From an uncultured cyanobacterium (GTDB taxonomy: Bacteria; Cyanobacteriota; Cyanobacteriia; Cyanobacteriales; Microcystaceae), in the NCBI GenBank assembly GCA_963807635.1, contig CAWEDJ010000075.1, positions 68,348-132,347 of the forward strand: 64,000 bases of DNA. The letters run 5' to 3'. A program made the translations under genes and the position numbers. Positions within the stretch are counted from its first letter, which is position 1; each line of letters begins with the position of its first letter. The notes beneath the pieces were generated by a model. It did not search any database and was not told the origin of the DNA. It saw nothing but the letters and a program-made list of their open reading frames with translations. Of the stretch, positions 9,233 to 18,825 are shown piece after piece.

Positions 9233-10621
9233 TTAATCAAACTGTAATGGTTTGCCTCTGACTTGATCGAAAAATTGACCGCGCTCAAAAGCAATCTGAC
9301 CATTCACCATCGTTACTACTGGCCAACCCGTCAAATTCCAACCTTCAAAGGGACTCCAACCGCATTTAGTCTGTAATTCTGACCGCAAAACCTCATGATA
9401 TTGGTTTAAATCGACTAAAACTAAATCCGCATCATAGCCCACCGCGATCGCACCTTTATTGGGAATTTTGTAAGCTTTGGCCACATTCGCAGACATCCAG
9501 TTTGCCACCTGAGCAACGGTACATTTTCCTTGCATGGCTTGGGTCAACATCAAGGGTAAAGCCGTTTCGACTCCAGGCATTCCCGAAGGAACATTGGCAG
9601 GTTCCAGAAAGACCGTATCCGCCGAAGATATTTCCGATGGAGTCGAGATTGATATTTCTTCAGCCTGACCTTTTTCTGCTAGGGTATGGGGCGCGTGATC
9701 CGTTGCAATAAAATCAATCACTCCATCCAGTAGGGCCTGCCAAAGGATTTCTTGATCATGCAGCGATCGCAGGGGCGGATTCATCTTGGCAAAAGACCCA
9801 ATTTTTTCATAGGCACTGGTATTCAGTAATAAATGCTGGGGCGTAACTTCTGCCGTTACCCAGGTCGGCTTATCTTGTCGTAATAATTCGGCTTCCTCGG
9901 CAGTGGACATATGCAGAATGTGTAATCGCCGTTGATATTTTTTGGAAAGTTTTAACGCCAGTTGGGTGGCATTCAGGGCCGCTTGATTATCCTGAATAAT
10001 CGAATGAATCGCAGGATCAAGATTTCCCGCAAATTGTTGACGACGTTGGGCGATCCGTGCTTGATCTTCGGCATGAACCGCAATTAGGCGATCGCCCTGG
10101 GAAAAAATTTTATCCAAAACGTCTTCTTGATCCAGTAATAAAGCCCCGTGCATCGATCCCATAAACACCTTAATGCCACAGGTCGGATGAGCCGTTAGTA
10201 AATCAGGTAAAATTTCTGCCGTCGCCCCAATAAAAAAACCATAATTGACCAAAGACTTCTGGGCGGCTCGTTCTAATTTGTCATCTAAGGCTGCTTGAGT
10301 CGTGGTTAAAGGGCGGGTATTGGGCATCTCCAGAAAACTAGTGACTCCTCCTCTAGCGCAGGCCCGACTCGCTGTGGCCAAATCTTCCTTGTGTTCTAAA
10401 CCAGGCTCACGGAAATGCACCTGGGGATCAATCACGCCTGGTAACAAAGTCAATCCTGTTGCGTCTATAATCTGACTAGCCTGGGCATCCGCTATACTAG
10501 GAGAAATTTCTCGAATTGTTCCCCCTTCTATGAGGACATCCCCTTTGAAAAACTCGCCACTGGGTAACAAAATCCGTGCATGGCGAATCAATAACGGTGA
10601 TGGAGAAACCATTAGCCTCAT
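9233..10621 (-). CDS. pyrC: Dihydroorotase (multifunctional-complex type)
   Basis: DPQVHFREPG, EMPNT, ATDHAPH, KCGWSPFEG motifs. Confidence 0.9.
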   Translation of the reverse strand: MRLMVSPSPLLIRHARILLPSGEFFKGDVLIEGGTIREISPSIADAQASQIIDATGLTLLPGVIDPQVHFREPGLEHKEDLATASRACARGGVTSFLEMPNTRPLTTTQAALDDKLERAAQKSLVNYGFFIGATAEILPDLLTAHPTCGIKVFMGSMHGALLLDQEDVLDKIFSQGDRLIAVHAEDQARIAQRRQQFAGNLDPAIHSIIQDNQAALNATQLALKLSKKYQRRLHILHMSTAEEAELLRQDKPTWVTAEVTPQHLLLNTSAYEKIGSFAKMNPPLRSLHDQEILWQALLDGVIDFIATDHAPHTLAEKGQAEEISISTPSEISSADTVFLEPANVPSGMPGVETALPLMLTQAMQGKCTVAQVANWMSANVAKAYKIPNKGAIAVGYDADLVLVDLNQYHEVLRSELQTKCGWSPFEGWNLTGWPVVTMVNGQIAFERGQFFDQVRGKPLQFD

Positions 10622-10740
10622 CCTCGATTTAAGAATAACTTTATTATCCTATCGTTGACCTTCGTTAAACTAGAAGAGACACGATTTTTAATGCTCTTAT
10701 CCTTACCGTACCCAACTTTATTTTTGGTAGTAGCCCCACT

Positions 10741-11370
10741 ATGACGCGAAGCTTAGATCAAAAGCCTGTGAAAACGACCCTATCTTACGAAACTTGGGTA
10801 GAAGCCGCTAAAACCATCATCACCGCAGGAATTTTAGCCGTTGGGATTCGGACATTCGTTGCTGAGGCGCGTTATATCCCTTCTTCCTCAATGGAACCGA
10901 CCCTTCAAATTAACGATCGCCTGATTATTGAAAAAATTAGTTACCATCTTCATGATCCAAAACGGGGTGATGTGGTTGTCTTTAATCCGACCGATGCTTT
11001 AAAAGCCAGAAACTTTAAAGATGCTTTTATTAAACGGATTATCGGTTTACCTGGCGATACTATTAAAATTTCCAACGGCATAGTTTATGTCAATGGTGGT
11101 AAGCTTTCGGAAGATTATATTGCCCAAAAACCTGATTACGAATTTGGCCCCGTCAAGGTTCCTGAAGGTCAATATTTAGTATTAGGCGATAACCGCAATA
11201 ATAGTTACGATTCCCATTACTGGGGTTTTGTCCCCAAAGATAAGTTTGTGGGTCGTGCCTTTGTTCGTTTTTGGCCTTTTACTCGTTTAGGAACGCTAGA
11301 CCAACATTCGGGAGAACAACCCGCTCCTGCAAATGCTCCTAATACTGATACAGTCAAATCTCTGAAATAA
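10741..11370 (+). CDS. lepB: Signal peptidase I
   Basis: IPSSSMEPTL, FIKRIIGLPGD, GDNRNNSYDSH motifs. Confidence 0.95.
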   Translation: MTRSLDQKPVKTTLSYETWVEAAKTIITAGILAVGIRTFVAEARYIPSSSMEPTLQINDRLIIEKISYHLHDPKRGDVVVFNPTDALKARNFKDAFIKRIIGLPGDTIKISNGIVYVNGGKLSEDYIAQKPDYEFGPVKVPEGQYLVLGDNRNNSYDSHYWGFVPKDKFVGRAFVRFWPFTRLGTLDQHSGEQPAPANAPNTDTVKSLK

Positions 11371-11504
11371 TTCTTCAAAATACAATACTTTCTATCCAAA
11401 TCTCAGACTCTAAATTTAACGAATAAAAATGCGATCGCTTTCTCTTCTTTTCGTTATAGATTCTGAGATTTACTATTGATAAGCATAAAACGAAAAAACT
11501 AAAC

Positions 11505-12443
11505 TTACTTGGGTGTGGTGACTCCATTCGTGCCAACTTGAACATTGGGAGCTTGGATAATGGTGGCTTGTTGGCCATTCCACTTTTCAATTCTGGCTCG
11601 TTCAACCCGCAGACGTTCTAATTCAATCAATTGGGGCGTAACGGAAGACGATCGCAGACGATTGGATTCTGATTCTGCACGAGCCTGTTCAATGGTCACT
11701 TGGGCTTCACCTTTGGCTTTTGCGACATTTGCGGCGGCTTCTGCTTGCACCTTACGACGATTTGCTTCAGAAGTTTGGGCGGCTTGTTGAGCGGCAAATT
11801 GTTCATCAATACTCTTTTGAATATCGGGTGGCAAACGTAACGGGCCTAGCAAAGAAATATCTTGAACGGTAATAATCGGAAATCGTTTTTGGGTGCAATT
11901 AACCACTGCCGCAACTAATTTTTGCTGATTATAGGGTAACATTGAAGGAGTTAATTTTAAATCTTCTGAAACTTCTGAAAAACAATTTCTCAGACCATTT
12001 CGTAATTCATTTGCTCGAAAAGCATCGGGGGTTTTGCGATAGGTTTTATAAAATTGATGCAGTTTGGTTTCCGTACTATTGGGAACTGCTTCAGTGGTAA
12101 ATCCAAAGGACACACCCACATCCGCAGAGACAGGACTTCCCCCCACAGAAAAAACAATCGATTCATCGGTTGGAGAACCTTCGATAGAGGATTTTGTAAA
12201 AGGATAGGTATTAATATAGGTGGGAAAAATAACCACCTCTTCGGTGTAGGCATTGTACCAAACTCGACCCGTTACCAATTGAGCATTTTCGATGCCTTTT
12301 TCTCCGCCATAGAGTTGTATTTTTAGTCCTGCAAAGCCTGGTTCAACAGTGGCAATACTGGTTCCTGGGATAACGCCACAGGAACTTAATCCGCTAGCAA
12401 TTAATACTAGTAAACTGGTTTTTATAAGGTTAGACTTTAGCAT
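11505..12443 (-). CDS. SPFH/Band 7 domain lipoprotein
   Basis: Lipobox LSSC; VEPGFAGLKI SPFH start; C-terminal AKGEA...AESNRLRSSSVTPQLIE...IEKWNG. Confidence 0.8.
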   Translation of the reverse strand: MLKSNLIKTSLLVLIASGLSSCGVIPGTSIATVEPGFAGLKIQLYGGEKGIENAQLVTGRVWYNAYTEEVVIFPTYINTYPFTKSSIEGSPTDESIVFSVGGSPVSADVGVSFGFTTEAVPNSTETKLHQFYKTYRKTPDAFRANELRNGLRNCFSEVSEDLKLTPSMLPYNQQKLVAAVVNCTQKRFPIITVQDISLLGPLRLPPDIQKSIDEQFAAQQAAQTSEANRRKVQAEAAANVAKAKGEAQVTIEQARAESESNRLRSSSVTPQLIELERLRVERARIEKWNGQQATIIQAPNVQVGTNGVTTPK

Positions 12444-12823
12444 TATTTTTCCTGTTTTAATACATCAATCAATGAAATTTCTAAATCATCAAAATTTGGA
12501 TCATCATTGATAGCTTTTAAGAGTTGTAAATTTTGTTGAATTTGAGTGACCGAGAATCCTAAAAAGGGATCAATTCCTAAATAAGTATAATTTGGAAAAT
12601 GTCGAATAAATAGGGATCGCGCTTTCTGGGCATTTTTGATTTTGACAGCAGCATAAATGCCAGAAGTGCCTAATAAGCTGGGAACCAATAGCCAAATCCC
12701 AAAACCGATTAGGGGTTTATCGGAATTCAAAAAAATAGGTGCGATCGCAATCAGAAAAAAAGATAAAATAATTTCAGTAATCCCGATCGCAAACCATTTC
12801 TGGAGGGTCGTCAGGTGCTTCAA
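12443..12823 (-). CDS. Hypothetical 2-TM membrane protein, translationally coupled to the SPFH gene
   Basis: Two hydrophobic helices; stop overlaps the SPFH ATG (TAATG). Confidence 0.7.
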   Translation of the reverse strand: MKHLTTLQKWFAIGITEIILSFFLIAIAPIFLNSDKPLIGFGIWLLVPSLLGTSGIYAAVKIKNAQKARSLFIRHFPNYTYLGIDPFLGFSVTQIQQNLQLLKAINDDPNFDDLEISLIDVLKQEK

Positions 12824-12987
12824 TCTATCCTCCTGATGACGGCTAAAAAGTTTAATTATGGGGATATTTTTAGTTTAACCCCAAAAATCGCGATCGCCGA
12901 CGCACTTCAATATTTCGTAAAATTAAGGGGTAGGGAGCAAGTCTATCCTGTTAAAATTACGCTGATCGCTATCATTTGCATCACAAC

Positions 12988-13371
12988 CTAACTTTTTAAA
13001 TAATTGCTAATAATTTCTGTGGTAACTTGTTCTATATTGGGAATTTCAGAAGGAATAATTTTATCTTCAATATGTTTATGATTGAGATAACCTAAATCAG
13101 GTTTATATTTTGCATTATCATAGCGAAATATTAGGTTACTATCTCGGTCTTGATAGTGGAATGAATAGGATAGTTTTTCGATGGAATTTTGCAAGTTAAT
13201 GTATTCTTTGAAGAATAAATGGGAATCATCCCGAAATTCTAGGCTTCCTTGAATAAAACCGATATAAGTTGATCTGGAATCGACGGAAAACTCAAAAGAG
13301 AGAATCCAACCTTCATTCACATATTTTTGAATAGTAGTGATGAAATTCGATTGGTATTGATTAAGGAACAT
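12988..13371 (-). CDS. DUF6516/TumE-family putative toxin
   Basis: YSFHYQD...LIFRYDNA...HKH motif. Confidence 0.75.
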   Translation of the reverse strand: MFLNQYQSNFITTIQKYVNEGWILSFEFSVDSRSTYIGFIQGSLEFRDDSHLFFKEYINLQNSIEKLSYSFHYQDRDSNLIFRYDNAKYKPDLGYLNHKHIEDKIIPSEIPNIEQVTTEIISNYLKS

Positions 13372-13684
13372 ACTCGATCTCTTCTAATTTTTGTAGGGCA
13401 TTCATTAACTTTTTCTTGATTTGTATTTCTCCTGCCCAACTCACATATTCATCATCCCCTCCTTCCAGATTTTCTGCTGTCCAATGGGTAATAAAAAAAT
13501 CGGAAGATATTTGATATTTATCTTCAAATTTAAGTAATATATGATTGGTTTTTTCCAAGGAGCGTAATAAACTTTTTATTTCGGATTCAATAGCATTTTT
13601 GACTAAGCTTTTAACACTCTCGACATCGGAAGAATCGGATTTTATTTGTAGTTGTAGCATGAGATTTTTTAGGAAATGGGACAA
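13361..13684 (-). CDS. Putative antitoxin (TumA-like) upstream of DUF6516
   Basis: FEDKYQISSDFF...DDEYVSWAGE motif; overlaps the downstream toxin gene. Confidence 0.65.
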   Translation of the reverse strand: MSHFLKNLMLQLQIKSDSSDVESVKSLVKNAIESEIKSLLRSLEKTNHILLKFEDKYQISSDFFITHWTAENLEGGDDEYVSWAGEIQIKKKLMNALQKLEEIEYVP

Positions 13685-13820
13685 GATTCAGGTTAATTAT
13701 TTGTCATTAGGATAAGGCGATCGCGTTTCAGATTTTCTAATGGTGCTATTATAAGCCGATCACTAAAGTTTTGGTCATCCATTCTACATTTGATTTCAAG
13801 TAGTTACTACTATTCAGAAT

Positions 13821-14726
13821 TTAAACGGGTAAGAAACAAGCTAAAGGAAAAAGAATATATTCCAAGAAAAATAGCTTCCAAATAAATTGATAAAAGTCGG
13901 CGATCGCACTTTTTTGAGTCAGATCAACCCCTCGACTGCGCCACCACAATAGACCCAATAAAACTAGGTGAAAACCCACAAAAAAAGGCACATTAATCAA
14001 ACCCAATCCCAAAATTCCGACTAATGCCATCCCTAAATAACAAATAGTAATTACCCAACGAGTCAGATTAAAAATCACCGATGGCCCCCAAATTAGGGTA
14101 AAGGTCTGAATTTGATATTTTTTATCCCCTTCCAAATCGGGTACATCTTTAAAAACCGCGATCGCGATCGTGAAGATCAAAACAAAGAAAGTCAGTACCC
14201 AAACAACAGGCGGAATCAATACGGGTAACGTGACAGCCCCATTAAACTGTAAAAATAAACCTAAATTGACAATAATTCCCCGCACCGTCAAAATACAAAA
14301 TGCCGCCAATAGGGGAAAACGTTTCAATCGAATCGGTGGAACGGAATAGGCAGTGCCAATCAATAAACTAATGCCAACGGTCAGCCATAGCCAAAAACCG
14401 ACTAAAGAAGCGATTACAATGGCGAAAAATCCTGTTAAACCGACAATCCATTGACCTTGTTTGAGGGAAAATTGCCCACTGGCCAACGGTAAATCGGGTT
14501 TATTGACCTGATCAATTTCCACATCATAGAGTTGATTTAAGCCAACAATGTAAATATTTCCGCATAAACAAGCTGTCCAGGCTCCTAAAAGCTCTTTTAA
14601 CTGATCAACGCTAATGGTATTTTGATTGGTTGCAAGGGCAATAAAATAGAGGGCAAAAACACTCAAACTTGTCCCAAGAATGGTATGAGGGCGGGAAAAT
14701 TTCCAAAAACTTGATAAATAGGACAT
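13821..14726 (-). CDS. hpt: Homogentisate phytyltransferase (UbiA family)
   Basis: FSRPHT, NQLYDVEIDQVNKP, KDVPDLEGD, FYQFIWKLFFLEY motifs. Confidence 0.93.
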   Translation of the reverse strand: MSYLSSFWKFSRPHTILGTSLSVFALYFIALATNQNTISVDQLKELLGAWTACLCGNIYIVGLNQLYDVEIDQVNKPDLPLASGQFSLKQGQWIVGLTGFFAIVIASLVGFWLWLTVGISLLIGTAYSVPPIRLKRFPLLAAFCILTVRGIIVNLGLFLQFNGAVTLPVLIPPVVWVLTFFVLIFTIAIAVFKDVPDLEGDKKYQIQTFTLIWGPSVIFNLTRWVITICYLGMALVGILGLGLINVPFFVGFHLVLLGLLWWRSRGVDLTQKSAIADFYQFIWKLFFLEYILFPLACFLPV

Positions 14727-14909
14727 TAATTCAGAATTTATGATTTGGGTAAAGGGATTTTCCTAATTTAGCGTTTTTCAAGGGACTCAGGAACACAGCC
14801 CAATGAGACCAATCATTTTCAGATATTTTCAGAAGAAAGACCCAAAATCGGCGATCGCGTAGGCTTTTATATTACAATTTGTAAATAAATGTTTGGGGAA
14901 TAGGACTAA

Positions 14910-16368
14910 ATGCGAGTCGCGATCGTTGGTGCAGGATTAGCGGGAATGGCAACTGCTATTGACTTAGTAGATGCAGGATGTGAAGTTGAAATGTTTGAAT
15001 CCCGCCCCTTTGTGGGAGGTAAAGTCAGCAGTTGGAAAGATTCTGATGGAAACCATATTGAAATGGGATTACACGTCTTTTTTGGCTGTTATTACAACCT
15101 ATTTACCCTTATGGAAAAAGTCGGGGCGGGCAATGCGCTACGACTCAAGGAACATACCCATACCTTTGTTAATAAAGGCGGCAGACTGGGAGAACTGGAT
15201 TTTCGTTTTATCACAGGTGCGCCTTTCAACGGATTAAAAGCCTTTTTTACCACTTCCCAACTGTCTGCTGGCGATAAAGTGGCCAATTTCTGCCCTCGGA
15301 ACCAGTCCCATTGTGCGGGCTTTAGTGGATTTTGACGGAGCCATGACCACCATTCGCAAACTCGATTCCATTAGCTTTGCCGATTGGTTTCGCAGTCACG
15401 GTGGCAACAATGGCAGTCTGCGAAAAATGTGGGACCCGATCGCCTACGCCCTGGGTTTTATCGATACAGAAAATATTTCAGCCCGTTGTATGCTGACGAT
15501 TTTTCAATTTTTTGCCACTAAAACTGAAGCTTCTGTGTTGCGAATGTTGGAAGGTTCCCCCGATGAATATTTACATAAACCGATTGTTAACTATCTAGAA
15601 ACCAGGGGCGTAAAAATTCATACCCGTCGTCAGGTTCGAGAAATTTTATTTACCGAAAAAGATGATCAAGCAAAGGTAACAGGACTCGCGATCGCCGATG
15701 GAGAAAATACGGAAACCATTACCGCCGATGCCTACGTTTGCGCCTGTGATATCCCAGGAATTCAGCGACTATTACCCCAAGCCTGGCGGAAGTGGCCAAT
15801 TTTCGACAATATTTATCAATTAACTGCCGTTCCTGTCGCTACCGTTCAATTACGCTTTGATGGTTGGGTCACGGAATTGCATGATCCCGTTAAACGCAAA
15901 CAACTCGAAAAAGCCGAAGGTCTGGATAATTTACTCTATACCCCCGACGCGGATTTTTCCTGTTTTGCCGATCTCGCTCTCACTAGTCCCGCCGACTATT
16001 ACCGAGAGGGGGAAGGGTCCTGATTGCAACTGGTTTTAACGCCTGGCGATCCCTTTATTAAGGAAAAAAATGAAGATATTGCCAATCACGTTCTAGCACA
16101 GGTTCGAGAATTATTTCCTTCGGCACGGGATTTAAATATGACCTGGTATAGCGTGGTGAAATTAGCCCAGTCTCTTTATCGAGAGGCTCCTGGCATGGAT
16201 GTCTATCGTCCTTCCCAAAAAACCGCGATCGGCAACTTTTTCCTAGCAGGAAGTTATACCCAACAGGACTATATTGACAGCATGGAAGGCGCAACCCTTT
16301 CAGGCAAACAAGCGGCTCAAGTCATCCTAAAAAGTGCAGTCGCAATTAAAGAATTATCTCAATTTTAG
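14910..16368 (+). CDS. zds: 9,9'-di-cis-zeta-carotene desaturase (frameshift near 15290, TGA at 16021; likely assembly errors)
   Basis: [29 protein letters not shown] motifs across three ORFs; followed by SRPBCC as is usual in cyanobacteria. Confidence 0.92.
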
Positions 16369-16384
16369 AATCCCCAACAAAAAA

Positions 16385-16831
16385 ATGGCAAACTGGTTAG
16401 AACATAGCGTACAGATCGAAGTCGATGCACCCATCGATTTAGTGTGGGAATTGTGGTCAGATTTAGAACAAATGCCCCGTTGGATGAAGTGGATTGAATC
16501 AGTTACGGTCTTAGAAGAAAATCCCGATTTATCCCGTTGGAAACTTGCGACCACAGGTTTAGAATTTACCTGGTTATCTCGAATTACTAAGTTATCTCCC
16601 CGCCAAATTATCCAATGGGAATCAGTGGATGGTTTACCGAATCGGGGAGCCGTGCGTTTTTATGGCAGTCAGAATAAAAGCGTTGTTCGCCTAACGATTG
16701 CCTACGCAATTCCAGGTTGGTTGGGTAAATTAATGGATAACTTATTTTTAGGTAGAGCAGTAGAATCGACAATTCAAGCAGATTTAGAACGATTTAAGGA
16801 ATATATCACCAAACTTCAAGCCGAAGCTTAA
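16385..16831 (+). CDS. SRPBCC/polyketide-cyclase family protein
   Basis: WLEHSVQIEV...WSDLEQMPRWM...GLPNRGAVRFY. Confidence 0.88.
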   Translation: MANWLEHSVQIEVDAPIDLVWELWSDLEQMPRWMKWIESVTVLEENPDLSRWKLATTGLEFTWLSRITKLSPRQIIQWESVDGLPNRGAVRFYGSQNKSVVRLTIAYAIPGWLGKLMDNLFLGRAVESTIQADLERFKEYITKLQAEA

Positions 16832-16853
16832 CGAGTTAACTCTAAACTTGCCA

Positions 16854-17264
16854 ATGCTCTATTCTCGAACCATTCGTTTAAGCGATACAGATGCGGCGGG
16901 AGTGACTTATTTTGCGTCCCTATTGTCCATTTGTCATGAAGCCTACGAAGATCGCCTTCTTCAATCAGGGATTAATCTCAAAACTTTTTTTCGGAATACA
17001 GAAACCGCCTTACCCATCGTTCATGGGGAAATCGATTTTTTTCAACCCCTCTTTTGTGGCGATCGCATTGAGATTCAATTGATCCCCTACCGAATTAATG
17101 AACATAGTTTTGAAATTAGCTACCAGATTTTTTTATGCCAATCTCCTGACAAAAAAATTGCCCAGGGAAAAACCAAACACGTCTGTATCAATCCCCTCTC
17201 TCGTGAGAAAAAAGCACTCCCTGAGCCTATTCAAAAAGCGGTCTTCCGTGACTCAGATCACTGA
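16854..17264 (+). CDS. 1,4-dihydroxy-2-naphthoyl-CoA hydrolase (hot-dog thioesterase)
   Basis: DTDAAGVTYFA...CHEAYE...PLFCGD motifs. Confidence 0.85.
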   Translation: MLYSRTIRLSDTDAAGVTYFASLLSICHEAYEDRLLQSGINLKTFFRNTETALPIVHGEIDFFQPLFCGDRIEIQLIPYRINEHSFEISYQIFLCQSPDKKIAQGKTKHVCINPLSREKKALPEPIQKAVFRDSDH

Positions 17265-17353
17265 TAATTAAAGAAATGGATCACGGATGATTTCACAATA
17301 CTCTTTATAATTAGGCAAATCATCAAAATCAGTTTTTTTCCGCCGTGAATGAT

Positions 17354-17569
17354 ATGGCAAAACTATCTAGTCAGCCCTTGAAACCGAACCCTTTCATAAC
17401 TCGTCGCGACCCCAAAACGGGAATGTGGCTTGTCATCGAACCTGAATCAACAGAAAAATTGCCAGAAAATGACAAGAATCATTCAAAAGACTTAGTTAAC
17501 GACCAACCTCAAGCTCTCCATTCTACGGCCCGATTTAGATGTCCTCTGCAAAAATCTATACATTCTTAG
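17354..17569 (+). CDS. Small hypothetical protein
   Basis: NPFITRRDPKTGMWLV resembles a short cyanobacterial motif (from memory). Confidence 0.5.
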   Translation: MAKLSSQPLKPNPFITRRDPKTGMWLVIEPESTEKLPENDKNHSKDLVNDQPQALHSTARFRCPLQKSIHS

Positions 17570-17578
17570 CATAAAGAG

Positions 17579-17608
17579 TTGACATCGCGTCTCAAATATC
17601 GGTACTAT
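17579..17608 (+). promoter_or_regulatory. Sigma70-type promoter of the str operon
   Basis: TTGACA-N18-TACTAT about 60 nt upstream of rpsL. Confidence 0.7.
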
Positions 17609-17670
17609 GGTAATTTGTCAACGATTTTATTGATACCTGGGAGTTTGTTTTAATCTTCCTGAAATAACCC

Positions 17671-18039
17671 ATGCCCACCATTCAGCAGTTAATTCGCAGC
17701 GAACGCTCGAAAATCAAGAAAAAGACAAAATCCCCCGCACTAAAGCAGTGTCCTCAGCGTCGGGGTGTTTGTACGCGGGTTTATACAACAACCCCGAAAA
17801 AGCCTAACTCTGCCCTACGGAAAGTAGCTAGGGTTCGTTTGACCTCTGGCTTTGAAGTTACCGCTTATATTCCAGGAATTGGTCATAACTTACAAGAACA
17901 CTCCGTCGTGTTGATCCGAGGCGGACGGGTAAAAGATTTACCTGGGGTGAGATATCACATCATTCGCGGAACCTTAGACGCAACGGGAGTTAAAAATCGT
18001 AAGCAAGGCCGTTCCAAATACGGAACCAAGCGCGATTAG
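17671..18039 (+). CDS. rpsL: 30S ribosomal protein S12
   Basis: [20 protein letters not shown] motifs. Confidence 0.99.
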   Translation: MPTIQQLIRSERSKIKKKTKSPALKQCPQRRGVCTRVYTTTPKKPNSALRKVARVRLTSGFEVTAYIPGIGHNLQEHSVVLIRGGRVKDLPGVRYHIIRGTLDATGVKNRKQGRSKYGTKRD

Positions 18040-18227
18040 AAAGGATCAGATATTTCCGACTCTTTATTTTTAACTTATCGAGATATCCCCTTAACATCAA
18101 CTATTCTCGTCGTTATTGCGAAATCAATAGCGATCGCTGAATCTCTCCCTCAAATTTCCTAAACAGAACCCAAGGGAGATTATTAGAGCGTCTTATTTAC
18201 CATTATTAAAGGAAACATCAGGAAATT

Positions 18228-18698
18228 ATGTCTCGTCGCGGAAACATCAAAAAGCGAACCGTTCCTGCCGACCCGGTCTATAACAGTTGCCTCGTCAACA
18301 TGACCATCCGTCGGGTAATGAAAAGCGGAAAAAAATCCCTTGCATCTCGCATTGTCTATGATGCCTTGGAAAATGTCGGCGCAAAAACTGGCAACGAACC
18401 CCTAGAAGTTTTTGAAAAAGCCATCAAAAATCTTACTCCCCTAGTGGAAGTAAAAGCTCGTCGGGTCGGTGGAGCAACCTACCAAGTCCCGATGGAAGTT
18501 CGTTCTGCCAGAGGAACCGCCCTAGCACTGCGGTGGTTGATCCATTATTCTCGCGCTCGTGGCGGAAAAACAATGGCTAGTAAATTAGCCAACGAAATCC
18601 TAGACGCAGCCAATGAAACGGGAGCCGCCGTTAAAAAACGGGAAGAAACCCATCGCATGGCAGATGCGAACAAAGCCTTTGCTCATTACCGCTATTAA
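18228..18698 (+). CDS. rpsG: 30S ribosomal protein S7
   Basis: [21 protein letters not shown] motifs. Confidence 0.99.
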   Translation: MSRRGNIKKRTVPADPVYNSCLVNMTIRRVMKSGKKSLASRIVYDALENVGAKTGNEPLEVFEKAIKNLTPLVEVKARRVGGATYQVPMEVRSARGTALALRWLIHYSRARGGKTMASKLANEILDAANETGAAVKKREETHRMADANKAFAHYRY

Positions 18699-18825
18699 AG
18701 ATTTGGGCGGTTATCCGCCTACTTTGTCAGCATTTTTAGCAAAGAAACGTATAGAATTGTAAATAGTGTAAACCAATACAAAGACTTATCCGAAGACTAG
18801 ACGGGCAAGAACTAAGGAGGTAGCT

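Noticed and set aside
14910..16368. Programmed frameshift or stop readthrough in zds (likewise ahcY, dnaK, pheA, recQ)
   Set aside because: Scattered single-base indels without slippery-site or structure signals; best explained as consensus errors.
18755..18775. RpaB HLR1-like TTTACA repeat upstream of fusA
   Set aside because: Repeat spacing is 9 bp rather than the 10 bp of the HLR1 motif.
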